Positions 16,501 to 24,772 of a stretch of 55,954 bases of DNA are shown piece by piece. The DNA lies in IMG/VR virus record IMGVR_UViG_3300032047_000018, positions 1-55,954 of that record. One strand, given 5' to 3'. Source of the stretch: a virus (taxonomy: Duplodnaviria; Caudoviricetes). The notes under the pieces are model-generated. The model worked only from the letters and a program-made list of their open reading frames with translations. It did no database searches and was not told the origin of the DNA. Both the position numbers and the translations under genes were made by a program. The first letter of the stretch is position 1; the number at the start of each line of letters is the position of its first letter.

Positions 16501-19313
16501 AGATTCTGTTCTGCAAACTTTCTTGCGTTCTCTTCGCCTTTCTCTATTTTTTCTTTGTATACATTATCCACATAATCTTGGGCCGCTCTATTTTTAACCT
16601 GATCTGGAGTTGGGTTATCAACGCCCTCGGCAACAAACTTAGAAACTGCATCGGCATAGCCATTTTGCTTTTCCACTTCGGTTTGTTTATTGTACTCAGT
16701 CATAATGTCAAGCTGGCTTTCGTTCAGCATAGCAGCATCGTAGAAAGCATACCCCATTGTGTTATCAAAGGCTAAAGTATTTACTGTATTGGATTTTTGA
16801 TTAGCCTCTATAGTACCAGCGTCTGTAAGTATTTGTTGCTTTTGCAACTCTAGTTTATCAAACTCTTTTCTTAATTGAGCTTCGTAAGTTTTTAATTGAT
16901 CAGCCCCTATATTTTTATTAGCAATAGCCGCTAGTAACTGATTGTTTAAATACCTCATCTTTTGGTTTATACCACCAATTGCATAAAGCTGCTCTGCATT
17001 TAGATTAGTGCCGGCCATTTGAATGATTTGATTAATCATCTGTTCGCCTTCAGATTCTAGCTTATCTACTTGATCCTTAATTTCTTTAGGCAAGTTTTTA
17101 TATTGATCTAGGTTTTTTAATTGCCCAACATTAGTTAATTCATTTACGCCGGTTAACCCTCGTAACTGTTCAACTATTTCGATCATTCTTTTGCGCTGCT
17201 CTTTGGTTTCTAGTTCTGAAGCAATACCGCTTCTAACGGCTTTAAGCGCATTAATTGATTTTAAACCACCACCCATTAAGGCACCTCCTGCGAACGATTC
17301 TAATCCACCTTCAAAAAAGTTTTTATCTTCACCGAGTATATATATATCTCCAAAGTTTTGTACTAAAGTAGTAGCAAATTCAGAACCACCCTCTCGCCCA
17401 ATTCCACCACCAATTTGCTTACCAGCATAGCCAGCTATACTACCCCATTTGCTAAAGCCGTCTTTTAACGCCCAAGGTGGCATACCTTTTATACCTGTTT
17501 TTAAACTTTTGAATATAGCTATAGTGCCGACTCTTTCAAAAGCAACCTCTGCTAAACCATGTAATGCTGCATTAGACAATGTTCTCCAATTAGAAACATT
17601 TAATATTTCTGCATCTTTTTGCATTTCATTTTCAATGCTGGCACGAGTTAGCTCATCTAATGTTATATCGTCTAATAATTTTTTATTCTCAACCATCCTA
17701 ACCGCGGCGTCTTGTTGTCTTACAGCTACGTCCGATGTAGAGCTACCAAATCCTGATAGAAAAAATAATGGTAATGCTGCTGGTCCCGTTGTAGCCATAG
17801 CAAGCGATGGAATTAAATTCATGCTCGTACCCGCAACCCACCTACTTGCATTACTAAGATTCCAATCTATATCGCCAAACTCAGGGTTTACTTGGAAAGA
17901 TTCTGTTTCTATATTTAAATCAGATACTAAATCTACAAGGCCCGTAGCGTCGTTTAATCGTTGGGTGTTAACAGCAGATGGCAATGCAAAATACAATGGA
18001 TCGTTGGCCATTTGCGCAAGTGTAGCTAAACCATATGTTACTGTAGCACCTGTTTGTTTAAACGCAGTCGCAAGTTGTTCTAATCTGCTGTAGTTTTTTG
18101 AAAAATCCTGTATTGCAATTGGCACATACTCCATCCTATCATCTAACCCTTCGTCTATTAATTTGTTTTGTAAAGTCTGTAATCTACCTTGCTCTATTAA
18201 TAAATCATTTTGTAATTTAAAAGCAATGTCATATGTTTCAATAGAAGGAGCTAATTCATATTCGTCTAAAGCATATTCAAATTCCAATGCTTTTTTAGAA
18301 AATTGTTTATTTATAGCGTCAAAGTTTTTTAATTGCTCTACATCATATGTAGCCAAAGCAAATATATCCATTCTCTCTTCGTCAGTGCTATCATTAGCCC
18401 ACTCACTAGATTTTTCTAATGTATATTGCTTTTTTCTTTCTATATCCCATGCGGTTTTTTCTTCTTCTGTAACATCATTAAGGACCCCTGTGTTCCAATA
18501 TTGATTATATTCTTCTAGCTCTGCTTCGTTTCCGTTGAAATCTTCAACAGTAGCTGGTTTAATTTCTTGCCCCACCGCCAAAGGCATCTTATCCATTGGG
18601 TCGTTTTCGTAAATTGTTTCTGTTAATTCACGACGTATTCTTTTAAACTTTTTTATTTTGTCTTCAATAAGGCCTTCACTTATTTGAGTTTCAGAATACT
18701 CTGGCGCAGTTACATAAGGTATATAATCATTTATGTAAGTGTCTTCGCTCCTTTCAGCGGCCTGATTAACAAAATTTAAGTCTGCATTTTCAGATATAAA
18801 TTTGTTTATTTCATCAGCTGCTTTTTGTAATTCTTCGTCACTTCTATTTTCTCCAATTCTAGTGGCATAAAACAAATCGCTCACGCTGTCTTCAAGGTAA
18901 TCAGCAATGAAAGAACTACCCTGTGGCGCATTACGAGCTTCTTCTCTTTGTTCCGCACTAGTTAGAGTTAAAGCATCATTCATTAAAGACTGTTCAGCCT
19001 GTATACCTATTCTAGCTAACTTCTTATTTAAAGCGGGTACTGCTATTTCTTCATTAGTACGTAAGTCTTCTATAGTTACAAAGTAATCATCGGGTGATCC
19101 CAATAAAGTATTTTCCGAATTGGAATCCCCATCGGACGCTTGATTGTTCCCTGGAGCTACAGACGCATCCGTCTCCGCAACCCCGTTTCCCTTTACTTTT
19201 AGTCCAGCAAAATCTAAATAAGATTGTAAATCTGTAAACTCAACTAAAGCCATATCTTCTGCAACTTGTGCTTCTGAAAGCACAGCGCCATTACTAGTTA
19301 TGTATTCTGGCAT
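10557..19313 (-). CDS. Giant (2918 aa) internal virion/ejection polyvalent protein with zincin, sigma-2-like and HAD domains
   Basis: Last of three ejection-type genes. Gly/Ala-rich hydrophobic helices, HEVLH at 16275-16289, and HAD motifs DFDDT...LTARP...FVDD. Confidence 0.8.
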   Translation of the reverse strand: MPEYITSNGAVLSEAQVAEDMALVEFTDLQSYLDFAGLKVKGNGVAETDASVAPGNNQASDGDSNSENTLLGSPDDYFVTIEDLRTNEEIAVPALNKKLARIGIQAEQSLMNDALTLTSAEQREEARNAPQGSSFIADYLEDSVSDLFYATRIGENRSDEELQKAADEINKFISENADLNFVNQAAERSEDTYINDYIPYVTAPEYSETQISEGLIEDKIKKFKRIRRELTETIYENDPMDKMPLAVGQEIKPATVEDFNGNEAELEEYNQYWNTGVLNDVTEEEKTAWDIERKKQYTLEKSSEWANDSTDEERMDIFALATYDVEQLKNFDAINKQFSKKALEFEYALDEYELAPSIETYDIAFKLQNDLLIEQGRLQTLQNKLIDEGLDDRMEYVPIAIQDFSKNYSRLEQLATAFKQTGATVTYGLATLAQMANDPLYFALPSAVNTQRLNDATGLVDLVSDLNIETESFQVNPEFGDIDWNLSNASRWVAGTSMNLIPSLAMATTGPAALPLFFLSGFGSSTSDVAVRQQDAAVRMVENKKLLDDITLDELTRASIENEMQKDAEILNVSNWRTLSNAALHGLAEVAFERVGTIAIFKSLKTGIKGMPPWALKDGFSKWGSIAGYAGKQIGGGIGREGGSEFATTLVQNFGDIYILGEDKNFFEGGLESFAGGALMGGGLKSINALKAVRSGIASELETKEQRKRMIEIVEQLRGLTGVNELTNVGQLKNLDQYKNLPKEIKDQVDKLESEGEQMINQIIQMAGTNLNAEQLYAIGGINQKMRYLNNQLLAAIANKNIGADQLKTYEAQLRKEFDKLELQKQQILTDAGTIEANQKSNTVNTLAFDNTMGYAFYDAAMLNESQLDIMTEYNKQTEVEKQNGYADAVSKFVAEGVDNPTPDQVKNRAAQDYVDNVYKEKIEKGEENARKFAEQNLKTPIDIQTFEGEGKNEAILEAYKNAGATAAEIIEMARALNEGSFEGVYLNGVILVDKDASIKNKRIGIFAHEVLHAYAEQNGINENDAGKELLDWLEQNDKDMFAKVQYRLNQSYLEEADQAKGDEYYSEALNAMSDVIADGAQLKPSTTNAMRLWYNRVIGTKFPSLKLKENQGEYAAMFIEDFNKAAHQGSPTNVTFEGELSTIAKNERAKKSQSKLPPAKRKALVNKIVEDNPQWQTSKDPFLKTPRGQQAMGKIIAPFIPVLESIQNSKSSMFNTATFEGDAQALAAAKEDAMMEATLETLNHINNFNPSQNQDLDAWINSYLERKYLSGVRKIEKKTFTKRTDESTNEIADESGPTKKVDKPTYRAFTKSKIISPKAFKDVANSVLSATRILKSRLDQVGTINKTKTDLINEIKNDLKTQADIILKKEMGGKADRALRKWSIKNKKAIIENSTLTFLMGKDNKKKGTVDGGIPVVIQKSVGGRYETDQDGKRKKDSNGDFIFIPNFINYPGWVGKKIDRAKTSTDQQGQTSGPQLVRRRKSASVNDAEFADFITKPDGTPIRGRKEALAAEIGSEIGLEIFRDQIEFGGPIKDAFEKNQAALGLQLMENYVGEVVKQVDGRPAKFSLSKNIANTVAANEAKILKALENRFKEGDNITYARVQGVMKDLDLGLTPKEIEQFSRRSVNVIKRFLTKSDRTENVNFSRVLLDEIAASEMMTSKTVLFLSGVSLKKLDINSQTELFRTPDYVNKHRELVSKYIQTLNKNTAIRFLKWQQGHMATAGADAFEKGKRNQITRGNEDLMNMMNTAFKDAGKNIVFSGVQTGSGFKITTVTSNGKAENIQEKLTTPKQAATKKLKGGQQNITKEVFVDEASERLDASIEAKEELLDWLGYVKKNGTTVDWIMTMMSLKSNMNSMLKAAAAVKYYLADGFENGLNRYEHLISTDAMARYLTAHFFKLQKIDLDVLFDKYKVAIIPIEMDNDLNVFRQNNMGKWDYLTQPATNRYYDEVMYGYKNMVPIEVIEGENKGDLIGEEFVAFNKLTSDQAATKSTEAQIADKALNKARRLSYSRKPSKGISVYDFDDTLAFSKSNIIVTMPDGTVKKITPAEFAAQDEILSEQGASFDFSEFNKVVEGTPGPLAPRLKKAIKKFGNKNIFVLTARPQQSAIAIHTFLKELGLTIPLENIVGLENGSPAAKAGWMINKVAEGFNDFYFVDDAMKNVKAVKDVLDVFDVNGKVQQARARFSKSMNQTMNEMIQRNKGVSAEAVYSQIVARREGAKKGKYKFFVPYSAEDFRGLTSYTLAGKGKQGEADQAFFEKALIDPYTRGVAALESERQNIINGYKVLLKNSAGMKRKLGKTIGGTKYTNEQAARIYLYNKMGYEIPGLSKRDKAQLLSFVEADNKLKEFAEGLLLVGKNNEWIEPGEFWDVGSILKDLNNMTQTISRKEYLAEFIENVDNIFDANMMLKLEANYGTLYVKALKDSIRRMKSGSNRPGSVGSMESKWLNWVNNSVGTIMFFNRRSALLQMLSFTNFVNWSDNNPLNAAAAFANQPLYWKTWVKIFNSDKLKQRRGGLRSDVQEQEIANQAKNSKDKVSAITAYLLKIGFTPTQIADSMAIASGGATFLINRTKTYVKQGMSKAEAEAKAFQDFTKISDETQQSGDPMLISSQQSSHLGRLILAFQNTPMQYTRLIKKAGQDIINGRGDFKTNVSKIMYYGFVQNLIFSGLSNALFALIPGFDDEEADEDDLDKKSRRILNNMIDTILRGSGLGGAVVSTLKNAIQRYQFEAAKGSFKADHVNTLIELLNVSPPIGSKVRKVYSAIQTKDVYEKDVIAERGFDVTIDGRFNISPTYNVIGNLTSAFLNLPLDRLVVELQAVSEALDERNTAYQRIALGLGWRTWDVNAKNEEGDLIKVTAKEERKVLSKEKAAETRRVNKETLMNLEINLSGEYFIEYYTWKKGKSIQEKIEWLKSKNK

Positions 19314-19324
19314 ATTATTTTATT

Positions 19325-20590
19325 TTATTGTGGTAAAACTATGTTAAACATTTGCTTCGCTAGTTCTGGTGTTAAGGCTTCTGGCATACCATTAGTAAAT
19401 AGATAATACTTACCATCTTTTGTTTTTTGTATTCTATATGCTTTTGCTGTAGTAGAGCGCCTTGATACCGGTTGTCTAACTATGTAATTGAATTCTCTCG
19501 CTCCAAATAAATTTTCGTCATCAACGTATGCTTGAAGAGAAACAGTTTCATCTTGGTTTCTTGCTATTTGGGTACCGCTTAATTGAAAAGAATCATCACC
19601 ATCGCCATCGGTTCCTTTTGGATATTTTTTCTTATATGCTGCATTACCATTTTTCCATACGTCTTCTCTCGCTTGAACCATTCTGTTAATTAAATCTGTT
19701 CTTGCGCCCGCGCTAATTACTTCGCCATTATCACCTAGAACATCATCAAAACCATTTGGGTAAAAACCATTATCAAGCTTATCTTGTATATCACCTGTAG
19801 GTAATTCACCTTCAAAGTCAGCTAAAATAGATTTTAAAGTGTCATCGTTTTGAAAAGCATTTTCTAATTCTAATCTATATGCGTTTTGTGTATAAGGATT
19901 CCATTGGCCTCCCCTTGCCGCATTATTATATATAGTTTCATTCTTACTTATTATACTGGAGGCTAATTTATAATCTTTTAAAAATGGCTGAGGAGCGTCG
20001 TCATAAGAAAGTATTTGATCATTAATATTGAAACCTAAATTGCCACCTTCTTGTATTATAAAAGGTGCATTTACGCCGCCGTCATTTCTACCATCGCCAT
20101 CCGCATCAATAAATCCATACATCTTAGCGGCATCGCTATTCATTACAGGATCATTACCTAAGGATATTGTTCCATCTAATTGATCTTTAGCGTATTGAGC
20201 TTTGCTTTGTTTATAAGATTTTAATTGTGCGGCTAAATTAGTAAATGAATTATTGACACCTTGCATTATATCTACGTATTCCATATATCTTGGATCGGTG
20301 GTGTCTTCAAACTTGGCAGCTTCTTTTGCGGCTTGGGCATATTTATTTCTTTCTTGTAACAAAAAATCGCGCATACTTGCAGTCTCTTGTGAAGAAAATC
20401 CAGTAAAGTCCATATCAGTTTTCAAATTAGACATGTAACTATTCACTTGTCTTTGAATTTGATTGTTCTTTTTAACTGTGCCTGGGTTCATACCCGTAGT
20501 TATTCCTGACTCTACGGCTTTAGCAATATCAAAAAATCCTTGAGATTGCCTTAATTGTCCTTCGCCTTGTATTAATGCTTGATTTGCCAT
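19325..20590 (-). CDS. Putative internal virion (ejection) protein
   Basis: Helical N-terminal half; lies between the pilot-like gene and the giant protein; contains a DADGDG acidic loop. Confidence 0.6.
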   Translation of the reverse strand: MANQALIQGEGQLRQSQGFFDIAKAVESGITTGMNPGTVKKNNQIQRQVNSYMSNLKTDMDFTGFSSQETASMRDFLLQERNKYAQAAKEAAKFEDTTDPRYMEYVDIMQGVNNSFTNLAAQLKSYKQSKAQYAKDQLDGTISLGNDPVMNSDAAKMYGFIDADGDGRNDGGVNAPFIIQEGGNLGFNINDQILSYDDAPQPFLKDYKLASSIISKNETIYNNAARGGQWNPYTQNAYRLELENAFQNDDTLKSILADFEGELPTGDIQDKLDNGFYPNGFDDVLGDNGEVISAGARTDLINRMVQAREDVWKNGNAAYKKKYPKGTDGDGDDSFQLSGTQIARNQDETVSLQAYVDDENLFGAREFNYIVRQPVSRRSTTAKAYRIQKTKDGKYYLFTNGMPEALTPELAKQMFNIVLPQ

Positions 20591-20603
20591 ATTATATTTT
20601 TAT

Positions 20604-21236
20604 TTATCCGCCCATTAGTTTATCCATAGAAAAACCTCCAGAGCTTCCTACTCCAGATCCGACCGCAGCGCCCGCCAAACCTGTGACTCCACCTATTATA
20701 GAAGATGTTGCCGCGTCTCTAGCCGCGTTAGCCGCACCTAATCTTTGTTGAGCCATACCAAACATCGTATCTACCTTGTCTTTTTCTTGAGCTCTTGATT
20801 GATACGCCCCTTGTATTTCTTGTTGTTTTAATTGAGCGGCCATTTGTCTTTCCGCAGCTTGGTTAGATGCCTCTTGTTGGCCAATACTCACGGCTGCTTG
20901 CTGGGCATTAGAGGTTTGTTGATTCGCCATTGACTGCGCCAAGGCTGCTATACCAGAACCACCAGCGCTTTGCTGTAATGCGTCCATTGTATTTGCCATA
21001 CCTTGGTTTTGCTGCGCGGCTATATAATCTGCTTCTTGTGTGTTTACTGTTAAATCTTCATAAACATTTTCCTGATTAGCATACAAATTAGATGTGTCCG
21101 CATTTTGCATGCGTTCCTTCATTTGATTGTATTCTCTCTGAGCTGCTCGTTGTTCTTGTTTTCTTTTTTTGCTACCAATGATTCCGCCAGCAATACCGGC
21201 CAAGCCTTGAATAGCACCCATTACTGGTACTGCCAT
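20604..21236 (-). CDS. Putative DNA pilot/ejection protein
   Basis: Gly/Ala hydrophobic termini flank a Gln/Ala-rich coiled coil, typical of podovirus ejection proteins. Confidence 0.7.
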   Translation of the reverse strand: MAVPVMGAIQGLAGIAGGIIGSKKRKQEQRAAQREYNQMKERMQNADTSNLYANQENVYEDLTVNTQEADYIAAQQNQGMANTMDALQQSAGGSGIAALAQSMANQQTSNAQQAAVSIGQQEASNQAAERQMAAQLKQQEIQGAYQSRAQEKDKVDTMFGMAQQRLGAANAARDAATSSIIGGVTGLAGAAVGSGVGSSGGFSMDKLMGG

Positions 21237-21267
21237 AATCTATTGTTTTATATATTATTATTACGTA

Positions 21268-21594
21268 TTATTTGCTACTTTCAACAATTTCACTGCCAAC
21301 CGAAAACAGTTCCGCATAGTCGGTGGAGTCATTTCTAAATTGTACATTTGCGTAATAGCCTAACACGGATGTTAAATTTGCTTTGTTGTCTTTACTAAAT
21401 AGTATAAAGCTTGTTTGTGTGGGCCTTATAGTGCCAGCTCCTATTTCGCATGTTATAGAGTTTATAGTTACATTTGTTATTTCACCCATTTCTACAAGAA
21501 CAGTTCCCCGTGCATCATTAGTGTAATATGCTGTGTCTCCTATTTGTACTGAAACATTTAAGGGCTGTGGAAAAGTTATTGTTATTTGTGCCAT
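21268..21594 (-). CDS. Small tail structural protein (resembles the C-terminal part of muzzle/nozzle proteins)
   Basis: Beta-rich; ends GYYANVQFRNDSTDYAELFSVGSEIVESSK. Confidence 0.6.
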   Translation of the reverse strand: MAQITITFPQPLNVSVQIGDTAYYTNDARGTVLVEMGEITNVTINSITCEIGAGTIRPTQTSFILFSKDNKANLTSVLGYYANVQFRNDSTDYAELFSVGSEIVESSK

Positions 21595-21604
21595 AGTTTA
21601 TTTA

Positions 21605-24600
21605 TTAACAGTCAGACCAATCTGAAACTACCCCAAGATTATTAATTTGTTGTTCGAACTGATCTGGTATTTCACTGGTTTCTCCACCCGCGTAATAGCC
21701 TTCGCCATAAAATATATTTGCGTTACCTCCTAATGGACTATCATAAACTGTAGTTCCCGCTGGAGCCGGCTCACTGGCTTCTAGTGTACCAGTTACACTT
21801 CCGTTTGGATCAGGCCACCAATATGCCTGAGTATTAGTTATAGTAGATGCGCAAGCTGCCGATGCACTAGAATACGCGGTATCGCTAATCTCTACATAAT
21901 ATAATGTTGGACTACAAACAGTGTGATTGCCAACAATACCTGTAGCCGATATTGATTGATTGCTTACATTACCTGCAGCACACCCGGATCCATTATCATC
22001 TACCGCATAAGCGCCAACTGCCCAAGTGGAGTTGTAACCCTGTGCGCTTGTAAATACTTGTGTACCTCCTGTGGCCGGGCTATTTGCTCTTCTTTCTTGA
22101 CTTACACCACATATTGTAACATCCGTAGTGGTGTACCAATATCTATCATCATAAGATGTTTCAGAGCAAGGATTATTAGATTTTTTAATATCTACATATC
22201 CTCTTCCGGTCGCTTGTCTAATAGTTCCGTTGACAGCTACTACAAAATTTTGTGTTGCGCTACCATAGGTCCAAGTAACAGTTCCAGTGAGCAATGTTGC
22301 CCCTGAGTACGTTGGTCCAGCAAGCCAGTCACCTTGTTCTATATCAACCGAAGCAGTTACACTCGTACTACCTGTCGTGCCGGGTGTTCCAGAGAATTGG
22401 CCTGTACCTGTTACAGTTACTTGAATAGGCGGATTGCCATAAGGGGGATTTGCGTCGGTAACCCCTGATAAGTTAGCAGTAACGTTAACTATACCTAGTG
22501 GGCAATTTTGTGATGTTAAATCCGCTCCGTTTGTACAAAAACCTGGTTCATCTCCAACTGCTTGATTTCCACCATCTGACGAATCAATAGTATACCAACC
22601 ACCTCTTGAGTTTTCCGCGCCCCACACGTATATACCGTCTGCCAAAGGCACTGTACCGTTTGCGTCTTCATAACAAAAATCTCCACCATTGGGGTTAGTG
22701 TCTTGCCCGTCATGATAAAAAGTTGAAGTACCTGTTGCTAAGTTACTACAAATATTTAAAGTACTAGTTTGAAAATTTGTACTTGATAAATATGATGTTA
22801 AAGACGTTGGTGGCGATGCGGTTGTAACCGATAACTCTTGACCATATCCTGTTCCAACTGAATTTGTAGCATAAGCTCTATAGTAATATGTTGTTCCTGA
22901 ATTGAGCCCTATAAAAATTTGAGTCCATGCACCCGCGTTAGGTACACTCCCAGCTGATTGTTGATAAGGACCACCAGAAATTAAACTATATTCTATACCA
23001 TTGGCTACAGGAGTACCTCCATTAAACGAAAGAGCATTTCCTCCAGTTTGAAAACCACCAATACTTATATTGGTTGCTGTTGTAGTTGTTAAAGTTGGGA
23101 TTGAAGGTCCACCACCGCCAGATGGAGTTGTAAAAGCCACATCAGCGCCCGTACCTACACCTGAACTATTTTGTGCATATGCTTGAGCTATATATCCTGT
23201 TGACGCTGTTAAGCCAGTAATATCAATTAAGAAATCTGCGGTACCGGTAGCTGGGCTAGCTTGGTATGGCTGTATCATTCCGCCAACTGCATCTTTTAAA
23301 TAAATACCTCTACTTGAAATGGCTGATCCATTTTCAGCTAACTGAACACCTGATGTTTTAACCTCTGTTGAAGAAATAAGCTGTACTGGGCCTGTTGAAA
23401 TGCTTGGTACCGTAGGGGAAGTTGCAACTGTTATAAAATTATCTACATCTAAACTTACCGCAACATCTTGCTGAACCCCCGTGCTAACTAAACTTTGCAC
23501 AAAGGTTACTTTATAAGTATCTATAGTCGTTGATACAACTTGCGCACTTAAATTTTGTATATCCCAATAGGTTCCACCATTTAAATCACCATTTAGTTCA
23601 TCTTGTGGTAAAAAATCTTGAACAGTTGGCGCGGGTAATATCGGTGTTATTGTATAGCCGGGCGCTGCAACAACCTCTAATCCTATATTTTGAGTATTAG
23701 GTGGACTATAATTTTGGCTAGGTACAAGTATTGTTTCATTTGACGATGCACTTATTATGGTTATATTAGGATCTGAACTTGTTAAAGATACAGTAAGCGT
23801 CATCGCTAAGTCTTGTGTCAATAAGAATTGATCATCTAATGGTGCAGTTGGGCCTATTAATGCCGGATTTAAATCTCCACCAAAAGTAACTTCATATGTT
23901 TGATCCGCTGTAACGGTTGGAAATACTGCGGTAAAAGAAACGCTACCTGAAGCATCAATAACACCAGCCACATCGATAACAGTTCCCGTCCCTGCGGTGT
24001 TTTCTATTTTTAATGTATAATTTGCACCTGTATTTCCAGTAATTGATATTGCTCTACTCTCACCACCAGCATTAACATTTGATGTATTCATGGAATAAGC
24101 ATTAATATATACTTGTGTAGAAGGAACAGCAATAGCGTTGCCGGTAAAGGTTATAAAGTCGCCTGTTACATTATTATTAGGGAATGTATAACTAACATCA
24201 AAACTAGATTCTGTTATATTTAAACCTGTATATACATCTGTTCTTATTATACTATAGCTAGCTTCAACACCTGTATTTACAGTGGCAACAGGAATTGTAT
24301 TAAAGAAATAATCTGTATCAGCAGTTAGGGTTAAACCCGAAATTACTTCTTCTGTTGTACCTAATTCACCATTACCCGAATATGAACCAGAGGTTTGTAC
24401 TACACCGTTAATTGAACTAGTAGCATTTATAAGCGAAGCAACCCATAGTCCATCTACTGTAATTGCAATAAGCTGATCAAATCCAGCAACACATATAGGA
24501 ACTTCTAAATTATTGCTAGGCATTGTCTCCGAATTAAATACTAATACCAATTCTATATTTGCCCCAACTTGATTAAACACAGAGGCGTTAGCGTCTATTA

Positions 24601-24760
24601 ATGATGGTATAGGTGATCTTAAACTAAAATCACTTGCATCAATAACATAACCTTGATTAGGCGTGATAGTTATCGTAGCCCCGGATTGTACTGTAGATAT
24701 ATCTACAAATTCAGGTACCTCGAAATTAATATCGGTTACTGTAAAATTTCCTAATGCCAT
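21605..24760 (-). CDS. Tail-associated adhesin-like protein with Ig-like, two FN3 and Cys-bracketed repeat domains
   Basis: FN3 signatures GLTASTGYIAQAYAQNSSG and GLNSGTTYYYRAYATNSVG; T/S/G-rich. Confidence 0.75.
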   Translation of the reverse strand: MALGNFTVTDINFEVPEFVDISTVQSGATITITPNQGYVIDASDFSLRSPIPSLIDANASVFNQVGANIELVLVFNSETMPSNNLEVPICVAGFDQLIAITVDGLWVASLINATSSINGVVQTSGSYSGNGELGTTEEVISGLTLTADTDYFFNTIPVATVNTGVEASYSIIRTDVYTGLNITESSFDVSYTFPNNNVTGDFITFTGNAIAVPSTQVYINAYSMNTSNVNAGGESRAISITGNTGANYTLKIENTAGTGTVIDVAGVIDASGSVSFTAVFPTVTADQTYEVTFGGDLNPALIGPTAPLDDQFLLTQDLAMTLTVSLTSSDPNITIISASSNETILVPSQNYSPPNTQNIGLEVVAAPGYTITPILPAPTVQDFLPQDELNGDLNGGTYWDIQNLSAQVVSTTIDTYKVTFVQSLVSTGVQQDVAVSLDVDNFITVATSPTVPSISTGPVQLISSTEVKTSGVQLAENGSAISSRGIYLKDAVGGMIQPYQASPATGTADFLIDITGLTASTGYIAQAYAQNSSGVGTGADVAFTTPSGGGGPSIPTLTTTTATNISIGGFQTGGNALSFNGGTPVANGIEYSLISGGPYQQSAGSVPNAGAWTQIFIGLNSGTTYYYRAYATNSVGTGYGQELSVTTASPPTSLTSYLSSTNFQTSTLNICSNLATGTSTFYHDGQDTNPNGGDFCYEDANGTVPLADGIYVWGAENSRGGWYTIDSSDGGNQAVGDEPGFCTNGADLTSQNCPLGIVNVTANLSGVTDANPPYGNPPIQVTVTGTGQFSGTPGTTGSTSVTASVDIEQGDWLAGPTYSGATLLTGTVTWTYGSATQNFVVAVNGTIRQATGRGYVDIKKSNNPCSETSYDDRYWYTTTDVTICGVSQERRANSPATGGTQVFTSAQGYNSTWAVGAYAVDDNGSGCAAGNVSNQSISATGIVGNHTVCSPTLYYVEISDTAYSSASAACASTITNTQAYWWPDPNGSVTGTLEASEPAPAGTTVYDSPLGGNANIFYGEGYYAGGETSEIPDQFEQQINNLGVVSDWSDC

Positions 24761-24772
24761 AATTAATTTATT

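Noticed and set aside
17191-18504. Antisense ORFs up to 214 aa opposite the giant gene
   Set aside because: Codon-register mirror of the coding strand, as with many other + strand ORFs over the late module.
10557-19313. Giant protein as a crAss-type virion RNA polymerase
   Set aside because: The only similar motif is DFDDT, which has HAD motifs II-IV downstream. No DxDxD polymerase motif in a suitable context was seen.
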